57,538 bases of DNA from Promethearchaeota archaeon (GCA_048939015.1 JBHLPW010000030.1:1-57538); one strand, 5' to 3'; counted from the first letter of the stretch, positions 42,292 through 50,758 are shown. Numbers and translations: made by a program. Notes: a model not told the origin generated them from the letters alone.

Positions 42292-42678
42292 CTAATTATC
42301 TTTTTTTAAAAGTTCTGATATTTCACGTGCAACCCGCTCGCATTCATGAAAGATAAGACCTAATTTCGCTTTTTCAGTAGTAGAAACTGCTAACACCGCA
42401 GTGTCGGCATCAAATACTAATAGATATCCATCAACTCCCTTGATATATAGTTGGTTGAATTCACCAATTTCCATTTCTACCATAGCCATTTCAGATAACG
42501 AGAGCATTGAAGCGACCATAGCCGAAATTCTCGTTTCATTATAACCTTCAGGGATTAGTGAGAGAATTGGGAGCCCTTCAACGGAAGAAATTGTGGCAAT
42601 TGAAATAGTAGAGTTATTCGATAATAATTTTTTTAAAATTCTTTCCAATTCCTTTAGCAAATTATTTTCTCCTTTCAT
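42292..42678 (-). CDS. Roadblock/LC7 (MglB-like) protein
   Basis: SSVEGLPI, ISAMVASMLSLSE, QLYIKGVDGYLL, KAKLGLIF. Confidence 0.92.
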   Translation of the reverse strand: MKGENNLLKELERILKKLLSNNSTISIATISSVEGLPILSLIPEGYNETRISAMVASMLSLSEMAMVEMEIGEFNQLYIKGVDGYLLVFDADTAVLAVSTTEKAKLGLIFHECERVAREISELLKKDN

Positions 42679-42699
42679 ACTTTTTGGTACCTATGTTTC

Positions 42700-42870
42700 T
42701 TAACGAATTTTTTTAGCAATTTCATTTAGTTTAGCTAATTGCTTACGATCTATAGGGATATCCTCATTCGGACTATAAGTTTTAAGAGTTTTTAATAAGT
42801 CTTGACACATCTCTAAAAGAAATTCTATATCTTTCGGTATTCGAATATAGTTATTTTCGATATTGGGCAT
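42700..42870 (-). CDS. 56-aa helical hypothetical protein (not in ORF track)
   Basis: MPNIENNYIRIPKDIEFLLEMCQDLLKTLKTYSPNEDIPIDRKQLAKLNEIAKKIR*; ends 21 nt before the Roadblock start on the same strand. Confidence 0.6.
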   Translation of the reverse strand: MPNIENNYIRIPKDIEFLLEMCQDLLKTLKTYSPNEDIPIDRKQLAKLNEIAKKIR

Positions 42871-42897
42871 CTCAAGTCATTGAATTAGCTATAATAT

Positions 42898-43047
42898 TGT
42901 ATATTAAAGTATATACATCTGTATATTAATTGTATACTTGCATATTTAAATTTTTCTGTTTTAATATCATTTAAATGTTTATCTCCACATATTTATATAT
43001 GATAATATACAATTAATATACAAAGAAAAATATACAAATAATATACA
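42898..43047. promoter_or_regulatory. divergent promoter with an inverted array of AATATACA boxes
   Basis: AATATACA at 43004, 43015, 43029, 43040; its reverse complement TGTATATT at 42898 and 42920, and TGTATACT at 42931; perfect 17-bp inverted repeat 42920-42936 / 43006-43022. Confidence 0.7.
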
Positions 43048-43092
43048 CAATGCAATAAACGCCAATAAAACACCAATAAAAGGTGAGAAATT

Positions 43093-43914
43093 ATCTCTGA
43101 ACTTGAACTGAGCAACAAAGACCGTATTTTGAATCTTCTTAAAACTGATTCATTAACAAGCAATGAAATTGCAAAAAGGCTCAATTTAAGTAGACAAGAT
43201 ACTCGTACTTATCTTCAACGTTTGAAAAAACGAGAAAGGATTAAAACCCTCGGGAAACGAGGAAGGCAATACATCTACACCTATCATATTCCTGAAGAGT
43301 CAGAAAGACCTCAAATTGATACTAATATGCTAGTAGAAGTCTTACGAGATTATATCTCTGAACCCAGTTTTAAAAGCGAAGTTAGAAAGAAAATTATAGA
43401 GCTCGAAGCGAAGCTTAATAGTATAGCCTCGAGAACTGAAGGAGAATATGACGAATTAGCAAAGGAACTTGAAATGCTACAATCCATCGAACCCTCTGAT
43501 AAACAAAAAGCAAGATCCTTAGAATTCTTAACCAGGGAAACATTACAAACCCCTGTTTTAGAAAATATTGATAATACCTTGTTAAATTTAATTGATACCA
43601 TTCCGGAAGTAAGGGCTGCCACTCTCGTTTCCGTTGAAGGAGAAATTATAGCTTCGGCTTTTCCTCAAGATGTAGATGATACAACACTTGCCGTAATGAC
43701 TGCCGCACTTCTTTCACTAGCGGAAAGTGCCATAACATTAATAAAAAGCGGTGAATTTGAACAATTATATATACGGGGAAACAATGGATACCTTCTGGTT
43801 ATACCAGCAGGCCCTAAAGCTGTATTTTCGGTTTCTACAACTCAAGATGTTAAACTTGGACTAATATATCTCGATTGCAAGCGAGCAGTTGAACAAATAA
43901 CAAAATTAATTTAA
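43093..43914 (+). CDS. winged-HTH - coiled coil - Roadblock/LC7 fusion protein
   Basis: KDRILNLLK..LTSNEIAKRLNLSRQDTRTYLQRLKK..I and C-terminal VSVEGEII...AALLSLAE...QLYIRGNNGY...VKLGLIY; proposed ATC start at 43093 (ORF track: TTG 43129). Confidence 0.88.
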   Translation: MSELELSNKDRILNLLKTDSLTSNEIAKRLNLSRQDTRTYLQRLKKRERIKTLGKRGRQYIYTYHIPEESERPQIDTNMLVEVLRDYISEPSFKSEVRKKIIELEAKLNSIASRTEGEYDELAKELEMLQSIEPSDKQKARSLEFLTRETLQTPVLENIDNTLLNLIDTIPEVRAATLVSVEGEIIASAFPQDVDDTTLAVMTAALLSLAESAITLIKSGEFEQLYIRGNNGYLLVIPAGPKAVFSVSTTQDVKLGLIYLDCKRAVEQITKLI

Positions 43915-43983
43915 TACTGTATCTTTCTAATTTGAACATTCTAATAAGCAAGACTAAATTTTTTTACTTTAAAAGAAGTAAGT

Positions 43984-44409
43984 TTAGCTAAGTGAATTAA
44001 TGTGGCTTACATATCCTTTCTCAATTTCCCGCTTTCTTAAGATTTTTGCGATTTTATCCGACGCATTCTTACAATCAAATAAAACTAGCCCCATTTGCGC
44101 TTTTGGTGTAGTTGAAACTGCCAATATGGCTTCCTCTGTTCCAAGAATCAATAAATAACCATCAATTCCCTTGACATATATTTGTTCAAATATCCCTATT
44201 TTCATATCTTCGACAGCCATTTCGGATATAGAACGTATTGAAGCAACCATTGCAGCGATTTTCTGATTATTATATTTTCGGGGTATTAGCGAGAAAATTG
44301 GGATACCTTCTATTGAAATAATTATCGCAAATTTTAATTCTCTATTATTATGTAACAAATCTTTTAATACAGCTTCTAGTTTCTCTGTTGTAGTATTTTC
44401 CTTATTCAT
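43984..44409 (-). CDS. Roadblock/LC7 (MglB-like) protein
   Basis: ISIEGIPI, IAAMVASIRSISE, QIYVKGIDGYLL, AQMGLVL. Confidence 0.92.
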   Translation of the reverse strand: MNKENTTTEKLEAVLKDLLHNNRELKFAIIISIEGIPIFSLIPRKYNNQKIAAMVASIRSISEMAVEDMKIGIFEQIYVKGIDGYLLILGTEEAILAVSTTPKAQMGLVLFDCKNASDKIAKILRKREIEKGYVSHINSLS

Positions 44410-44549
44410 AGGTTTAACATTTTTTTTTTAAATAGAGATCAAGAATGATATAAATTAACTCAATTTTATCTTAGAAACTTTTATCATATTTATCTTTTAT
44501 ATCTTTCTTAATCTTAATAATTACGTACTAATAATATGTGATTAATTAT

Positions 44550-45104
44550 ATGCCACTCACTCCATATCATCTTGGACCTGGTTTATTAATTGGATTATTA
44601 TTTCTTAACTTCATTGATTTCCCCACTTTTCTTATAGCCAGTGTAATAGTAGACATTGAACCAATTCTCGTATTAGCTTTTAATTTAAATTATCCTCTCC
44701 ATGGTTTTTTCCATAGTTTTTTAGGGGGATCGATAATTGCTCTTATCCTTGCAGGGATTATGACAAAAATCAGAAAATATTTCACTCCTATTATGTCATT
44801 CTTCAAAATTGAACAAGAATTCTCTTTTAAAAAGATTTTATTAGCTTCTCTACTTGGAGTTTATATTCATATTTTACTCGATTCTCCAATATATACAGAT
44901 ATCAGACCTTTTTTTCCCCTTGATTTCAATCCTTTCTTTAGAAGTACTAGCTTACCTGGACTACAAGAAACTTTGATATGTGTCTGGTGCTTTATAGCAG
45001 GAATATTCGTATATATAATAAGATTAATTCTATTTATGATAAAAAACCGAAGAAAAAATATTAACTCCAAAGAAAACAATAATCTTATTTTAGAACATAT
45101 ATGA
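44550..45104 (+). CDS. membrane-bound metal-dependent hydrolase-like protein (YdjM/DUF4184-like)
   Basis: MPLTPYH, VDIEP, HGFFHSF, HILLD. Confidence 0.75.
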   Translation: MPLTPYHLGPGLLIGLLFLNFIDFPTFLIASVIVDIEPILVLAFNLNYPLHGFFHSFLGGSIIALILAGIMTKIRKYFTPIMSFFKIEQEFSFKKILLASLLGVYIHILLDSPIYTDIRPFFPLDFNPFFRSTSLPGLQETLICVWCFIAGIFVYIIRLILFMIKNRRKNINSKENNNLILEHI

Positions 45105-45241
45105 TTTCAATTTAGGATATTTTCCATCAAATTCTATTGAATCGACCAATGGGTAATTTTTGATGAAAGGATTATGAATTCTATAATATAAAAAATCAGA
45201 AAGAATAGAGTATTATACAGCAACTTTTAATAGTTGTTATT

Positions 45242-45723
45242 TGTCTGGTGTTTTATAGCAGGAGTAATTGTCTAGACCATCAAAATTGGTAAAAATATAC
45301 CGATTTTGTTTCAAATGATATTATCCACTTTATTTTGATAATTTATTTGTGGTTACAGTCCGATAACCTCTATCCCATCCACTTTAAAAGTTTTTAGGAA
45401 TGCTTTTCCTTTTCTATTCTTTCATTCACTTCCATCGCTTCTCTCAATAAAAAGATCTTTATTTACCCCCTTAACTATGATAATCCATAAGGATAACATT
45501 GAGCAGTTGTGGGTAGGGATCTCTCCTTTTCTTTGTTATCTCATTGAGGTTTGTGAATATAATAGGAGAATACGTAATAAAGAATTAAAACAATAGACAG
45601 TAAGGAATTTCTAAAACCAAAAAAAAATACATTGGTTTTATTAAAATTCAACAAATTGTTAAAACAATAAGATTAATTCTATTTATGATAAAAACTCGAA
45701 GAGAAAAAAAAGTATTAATCTAA
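45242..45723 (+). pseudogene. duplicated 3' end of the 44550..45104 gene, split by a ~388-bp insertion
   Basis: 45242-45263 matches 44981-45002 (21/22); 45666-45694 matches 45017-45045 (29/29); offsets are 261 and 649. Confidence 0.7.
45275..45662. mobile_element. possible non-autonomous element with subterminal hairpins
   Basis: Interrupts the duplicated gene end; hairpins at 45282-45307 and 45612-45640; no transposase; exact ends uncertain by several bases. Confidence 0.35.
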
Positions 45724-45841
45724 ATTTGTGTAATCATCTATTCGCAAAATTGGGCTACTTTTAAAAAAGAAAGTTACTTAATAGTATTGTTGAAGAAATA
45801 CCAATTTTACCTAATTAATACTAAGAGTTAGTGTTTTAATT

Positions 45842-46885
45842 ATGAATGAAAAACTAGAAAAGAAGAAAAAAAAAATATCATTAAAAGATTTTAAGATTTT
45901 CGTTATAATGATCTCTACTTTTTATACAATCGCTATTGTCTTATACCTCGCTCTTGATGCCTTCTTTTATCTTGTGAATTTTATGATTATTGGCACATCC
46001 ATTGGTCTTGGAATGGGTCTCTGGCCTGTTTTTTCAAAGAAAAACAAACATAAAGCAAGAAAGTTATGTCAAGCATTAGTTGGAGGCTATTTATTTTTTG
46101 GTATTGGATGTGGACTGATGTATACTTTATTTGGATATATTCTCCCTGAAAATATGCAATTTGAAGGATTCTGGTTTTGGCTTTTTGCTGGATCATTTGC
46201 AGCAGCTGTACTCCATTACTTTATTGCTAAAATTTTTGGACCATTTTTATTTAATCGAGGGTGGTGCGGATGGGCTTGTTGGACAGCAGCCATTTTAGAC
46301 TATCTTCCTTGGAAGAAAAGCTCCGGAAGAATCAAAAAATTCGGCGTTTTAAGATATATTCATTTTACCTTCATTTTATTGATAAGTATTATTCTTGTTT
46401 TTTTTCTTAGTTACACGCTTCATACCATTGAAGGTATTATTGCTTTACCTGGGGTTGAGTTTACCACAACTATTAACCAGTATAATTTCCTATTTGAGAT
46501 CCCTGAATTTTGGTGGTTCCTCATTGGGAATATTCTTTATTTTTCAAGCGGAATTGTATTAGCTACTGTACTAAAAGACAACCGCGCATTTTGCAAATAT
46601 TTATGTCCAATTACTGTATTTCTAAAGATTGGAGGAAAATTTGCACTAATGAAAATTGAGGGTGATCCTGATAAATGTACTGACTGTAAAGCATGTACAC
46701 GTGCCTGTCCAATGGATATAGATGTCCATGAATATGTTAAAAATGGCATGAGGGTGACTTCAAGTGAGTGTATTCTTTGTATGAATTGCATTAATGTCTG
46801 TCCGGAAAACAACCTCAAAGTAACCACAAAATTAGATAAAAAATATAACAAGTTTTTGCGATATAAAGATGAGAAAATCACTTAG
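45842..46885 (+). CDS. membrane polyferredoxin (NapH/YccM-like 4Fe-4S binding protein)
   Basis: RGWCGWACW, FCKYLCP, CTDCKACTRACP, CILCMNCINVCP. Confidence 0.9.
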   Translation: MNEKLEKKKKKISLKDFKIFVIMISTFYTIAIVLYLALDAFFYLVNFMIIGTSIGLGMGLWPVFSKKNKHKARKLCQALVGGYLFFGIGCGLMYTLFGYILPENMQFEGFWFWLFAGSFAAAVLHYFIAKIFGPFLFNRGWCGWACWTAAILDYLPWKKSSGRIKKFGVLRYIHFTFILLISIILVFFLSYTLHTIEGIIALPGVEFTTTINQYNFLFEIPEFWWFLIGNILYFSSGIVLATVLKDNRAFCKYLCPITVFLKIGGKFALMKIEGDPDKCTDCKACTRACPMDIDVHEYVKNGMRVTSSECILCMNCINVCPENNLKVTTKLDKKYNKFLRYKDEKIT

Positions 46886-46923
46886 ATACTTGTCAGCTTA
46901 ATGAATATAAGATTTTAACTTAA
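46811..46923 (+). repeat. 113-bp direct repeat, copy 1 (contains the 3' end of the polyferredoxin gene)
   Basis: Matches 50598-50710 with 5 mismatches. Confidence 0.95.
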
Positions 46924-46975
46924 AATTCTGATACTATTTGATTGTTTTTAGATAAAGTAGCAATTAATTAAATTG

Positions 46976-47410
46976 TTAATCATCATCATCTAAGAAATTA
47001 AGATCTATAACTCGCTTTTTTTTCGGTGGAACTTTTTTTAAAGTCGTTCCATCTTTCCCTAAATCGTCAATATTATCAAATCTAACCTCAGAAAACATCT
47101 GATTCATGAAATCCACCTCATCTTGAGAACCCTGTTTAAATAAATTTTCGAACTCTTCCAGCGGAGTATTAAAATCTCCTAATTTTTTTGACGTAACCTT
47201 CCCGACAACTTTACCAAATCCATCCATAATTTTATTCATGAATTTTGAACTGCGAACACCTCTTGATTTCTGTCGCCTGCACAATTCATTTTGGATATAG
47301 ACACTCCACTGATCTCGTGGAACTCCCATGAATCTGAGCTCATCCTTCATTTTCCGGATTAATTCTTTTTGTTCTTTTGAAAACGAGTGCTTCGACTTTT
47401 TTTTACTCAT
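46976..47410 (-). CDS. hypothetical protein, highly charged
   Basis: 144-aa ORF with ATG start; no family recognised. Confidence 0.6.
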   Translation of the reverse strand: MSKKKSKHSFSKEQKELIRKMKDELRFMGVPRDQWSVYIQNELCRRQKSRGVRSSKFMNKIMDGFGKVVGKVTSKKLGDFNTPLEEFENLFKQGSQDEVDFMNQMFSEVRFDNIDDLGKDGTTLKKVPPKKKRVIDLNFLDDDD

Positions 47411-47600
47411 AGAATATAGATAACGATTGTAAAGTTATAAAAGCTCATAAAATTGATTTAATTTCTTTGTTCTAAAAAGTGAAGACTAATACTTACTTTT
47501 AATAAAACTAAGGCTTATAAAAAAATAAAAAAAATAAATCATTAATCGATAAGTTAGAAAATAAATTTTTGGTTATAACTAAAACTCAGAAAAAATAGAA

Positions 47601-47768
47601 TTAATATTTTCTATGCTTTTTATAACATTCTCGACAATAAACATCTCTGCCTTCTGCAGGCTTAAATGGAACTTCACACTCGTTTCCGCAATCGGCACAT
47701 GTAGCTTTGTGCATAGTTCTATTGCTATAACCTCTATTAGACCTATTGCCATGACCTCTATTAGACAT
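47601..47768 (-). CDS. CxxC-x17-CxxC zinc-finger protein with an RG-rich N-terminus
   Basis: MHKATCADCGNECEVPFKPAEGRDVYCRECY; SNRG repeats; ATG 47768. Confidence 0.9.
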   Translation of the reverse strand: MSNRGHGNRSNRGYSNRTMHKATCADCGNECEVPFKPAEGRDVYCRECYKKHRKY

Positions 47769-48211
47769 AATTTCACCAAATTTTAATTTTATACTTGTAA
47801 CTTTGAAAATTTTTCTGTTCAAGCATATAAGATATATTTTTAAATCTAATAAACCTTGGCATTATGAAAGATTTAAATCGAAATTTTGTTAGAAAATATT
47901 TTGTATATTTTTTTTTTTACTATGGTTAAATTGAGATATTTTAATAAAAAAAAGTGAATTCTTTTAAAATTTTTGAGAGAAAGGGCTTTTTTCCTATGTG
48001 TTATATCATACTAATTGAAATTAAAATCATGAAAAATATAAGAGATTTTATTTAATAATAATTCTAAACTAAAAAGTTTATATGTTCCTATTTACCTTAT
48101 CTTTTAATTACGTTCACTGTAAAAGTATATTGAAAATTTGAAATTCATGTTAAAAACCACGTGTACTACTACAGAATGGACGTATAAAATATTTTTGAAA
48201 AAAGTGAAAAA

Positions 48212-48418
48212 ATGAAAGTAAAATGTAGGCTATGTGAAAAAGATAAACTAAAAAGGAAGGTTGTAAAAAGAATGCCATTATCTGAAAACGAATTACCTGA
48301 GAAATACAGCGATTACAGGGAATTTATGTGCATGAATGTCATTAGGGAACTTCGTAAAAATAAGCAATGGTATGATAATGTGTGCGAGAATCGTATGCTC
48401 GTATTAAAAAAGAGATAA
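48212..48418 (+). CDS. small putative zinc-ribbon protein
   Basis: VKCRLC...FMC...VCENRM; 68 aa. Confidence 0.55.
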   Translation: MKVKCRLCEKDKLKRKVVKRMPLSENELPEKYSDYREFMCMNVIRELRKNKQWYDNVCENRMLVLKKR

Positions 48419-48649
48419 AATTTTTACTATAATCAAATACTTTGGATTTAGGATTTACTTATTTGTTGAGGAATAGGCTTTAGCTACCATTAGTTAAAGG
48501 ATTGATGTACTCAACTATTTATAAAATTTAAGGAGTAAAATTAAAAAAAAGATAAGATTCGATAACAATCGCAGAACAAAGTTTTACTAATTACTACCTA
48601 CTACTTATTAAATATTATTTTATTTTATTGATTTGTAACAAAAAGAAGC

Positions 48650-48892
48650 TTAATACCGATAGTCTCGAACTTGCGGAGGAGCGGCTTTAGTTACTACTAC
48701 TTTACTCGCAGTAGGACCTTTTTCACCTTGAGTGATCTCAAATTTTACTTTATCACTTTCATTTAATGTAGCATATTCGTCACCCTTCTTAACAATGGCA
48801 CTGTGATGTACGAATATATCTCCATCTTCTTCAGTTGCTATAAATCCATAACCTTTACGGTTATTAAACCATTTAACTGTACCTTCGGTCAA
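48650..48892 (-). CDS. csp: cold-shock domain protein (CspA family)
   Basis: [15 protein letters not shown] (RNP1), DIFVHHSAI (RNP2), GEKGPTA; TTG start at 48892 or 48904. Confidence 0.95.
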   Translation of the reverse strand: MTEGTVKWFNNRKGYGFIATEEDGDIFVHHSAIVKKGDEYATLNESDKVKFEITQGEKGPTASKVVVTKAAPPQVRDYRY

Positions 48893-49060
48893 TTTTAAAA
48901 CCAATTTTCACATAAATTAAATTTTTTTATCAGTTCCTATAGAACTATTTAAGAAAATGAATGATACTGTAAATAGTTTATGTTTTTCACCCTCAAAAAT
49001 TGATATACAAAATTTACATTCTTCTGGTTGATGCGTTTGTTGACATTATTTAAAAATCAT

Positions 49061-49185
49061 AAGGAGATTGTCAAATGGGAAAAAAAGTTCCCTAAATTTG
49101 AGAAATGGGCTCAACAATTAGAATAATCTCCTTTAGAAAAGTCACACCTTTTCAACAAGGAGGCATTAAAATTTTATTCCCTCCT
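49061..49185. ncRNA. candidate structured RNA / 5' leader upstream of csp
   Basis: Complementary stems 49061-69/49125-33, 49077-81/49088-92, 49098-102/49110-14, 49136-41/49148-53, 49158-63/49180-85. Confidence 0.35.
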
Positions 49186-49687
49186 CAATGATAACTTTGA
49201 TTTGAAATAACTTCGCAAAAAAATTGAATTTTTAAGTCTTTCTCATTATAAATTATAATATGATTCGATTTACAGAATCTTGAAGATCTTTTCTTTTAGA
49301 TATTATTCCAGACTACAAATCTAAGTGAAAAGTAGAGAAATTTTTAAAAGATAGGGATTCAGGGAGGTTAAACTTAAAAGAATTTCAGCATTTAAATCTT
49401 AATAAAAAAATAATTTTATGTCTGCTGAGTTATAAGAAATTAGAACAATTTAACATTAAATATAAATATCATTATTACTTTTATTAATACAGACGCAAAA
49501 AAAAATTTCAGATCCTTGAAATTTTTAGGTTTAAGTTTTGTTTTTAAATTTTTTCTCTTTTATCATTGTCATTCTTAATCGTTTCGACAATAAAAGTAGA
49601 CAAATATCTTACAACTTTTTAAAAATAAATCTTAAAATTTGATGGTATTATGAGATTTTCTAATATTTAAAAAGAGGTATAAAATAA

Positions 49688-50599
49688 ATGAAAATACAAA
49701 CAGAAAATTATTCTAATGTTTTGAGAAAATATCCTTTCTCATTATTTGAAATGGATGGTTCATTAGAGATGTGGCAGAAAATATATAGCCCTTACATAGA
49801 TTCAATCGAGAGTAAAATTAATATCTCAAAAAATAATTCAATTAGGATATTTAGAAATCACAATTTTGCATTTGATAATGAATTTCAACAACGAATTGCT
49901 AATTTAATTATAAATGAAGTTGATAAACAGATTTCTAATTCTATTTCAAAAAGTTCAATAAATAATTTTGAACAACGAGAGGAAAAAATTAGAATCGAAG
50001 ATCAATATTCAGATGAAGTAGAAAAAGAAAATAATAATCTAAAAATTACCTTCGTTTTTACAAATAATAAAATACAACCATTAAAATTGATTCAACTGCT
50101 TAAATTAACTGGTGAAGTAAAGAAGTTTACTCAATTACTACATAAAAAAGAGTTTAAACAGTATTCTAAGATAATCCCTCAAATTATCTTTATATCCCTA
50201 TTTGGATTTGAAGCTTCAGTAGGAGACTATCTAAGAGATAATCTTCATGGAAAATCAAATAGAAATATATCAATCTTAGTCGTCCCACCTATTGATAATA
50301 AATTATGGAATAACTATTTTATAAAAAATTCAATGGAAGGTAATAATGATTATAAAAAACACAACTCGGGAATTAATTTCGAAGAATATAATAATTTGAG
50401 AAAGAATGGAGCAGCTAATCAATTACAAGTAAAAAGAATGGAGACTTACTATAACGATTTAAGAGAAACCAAAGAGATCTCAGAACATAATTCTCAAGAG
50501 TTAAATATTTGGGCAGATGTCTTGAGCATTAATAATTCTCCCACACTATTGGATTTAGAAAAGTCAAGAAACAAAATTAAAGAATTATTAATTGAGTAA
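49688..50599 (+). CDS. hypothetical protein
   Basis: 303-aa ORF with GAGGT RBS; its stop codon overlaps the start of direct-repeat copy 2. Confidence 0.7.
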   Translation: MKIQTENYSNVLRKYPFSLFEMDGSLEMWQKIYSPYIDSIESKINISKNNSIRIFRNHNFAFDNEFQQRIANLIINEVDKQISNSISKSSINNFEQREEKIRIEDQYSDEVEKENNNLKITFVFTNNKIQPLKLIQLLKLTGEVKKFTQLLHKKEFKQYSKIIPQIIFISLFGFEASVGDYLRDNLHGKSNRNISILVVPPIDNKLWNNYFIKNSMEGNNDYKKHNSGINFEEYNNLRKNGAANQLQVKRMETYYNDLRETKEISEHNSQELNIWADVLSINNSPTLLDLEKSRNKIKELLIE

Positions 50600-50710
50600 C
50601 CTCAAAGTAACCACAAAATTAGATAAAAAATATACCAAGTTTTTGCGATATAAAGATGAGAAAATCACTTAGATACTTGTCAGCTGAATGATTAAATGAT
50701 TTTAACTTAA
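50598..50710 (+). repeat. 113-bp direct repeat, copy 2
   Basis: Matches 46811-46923. Confidence 0.95.
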
Positions 50711-50758
50711 GATATATGGAAATTAAATTGATAAATTAATTTGAACAGTGTTTAGTTA

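Noticed and set aside
42898-43047. CRISPR array or replication origin interpretation of the repeats
   Set aside because: The units are only 8 bp with 3-14 bp spacers; no cas or cdc6/orc gene and no ORB-like G-string.
45350-45500. Minus-strand ~48-codon reading with an internal TGA inside the insert (MLSLWIIIVKG...SE*KNRKG...)
   Set aside because: Short, interrupted and without recognisable transposase or selenoprotein similarity.
47579-47779. 66-aa overlapping ORF on the same strand as the zinc-finger gene
   Set aside because: Alternate frame of the clearly recognisable CxxC-x17-CxxC gene.
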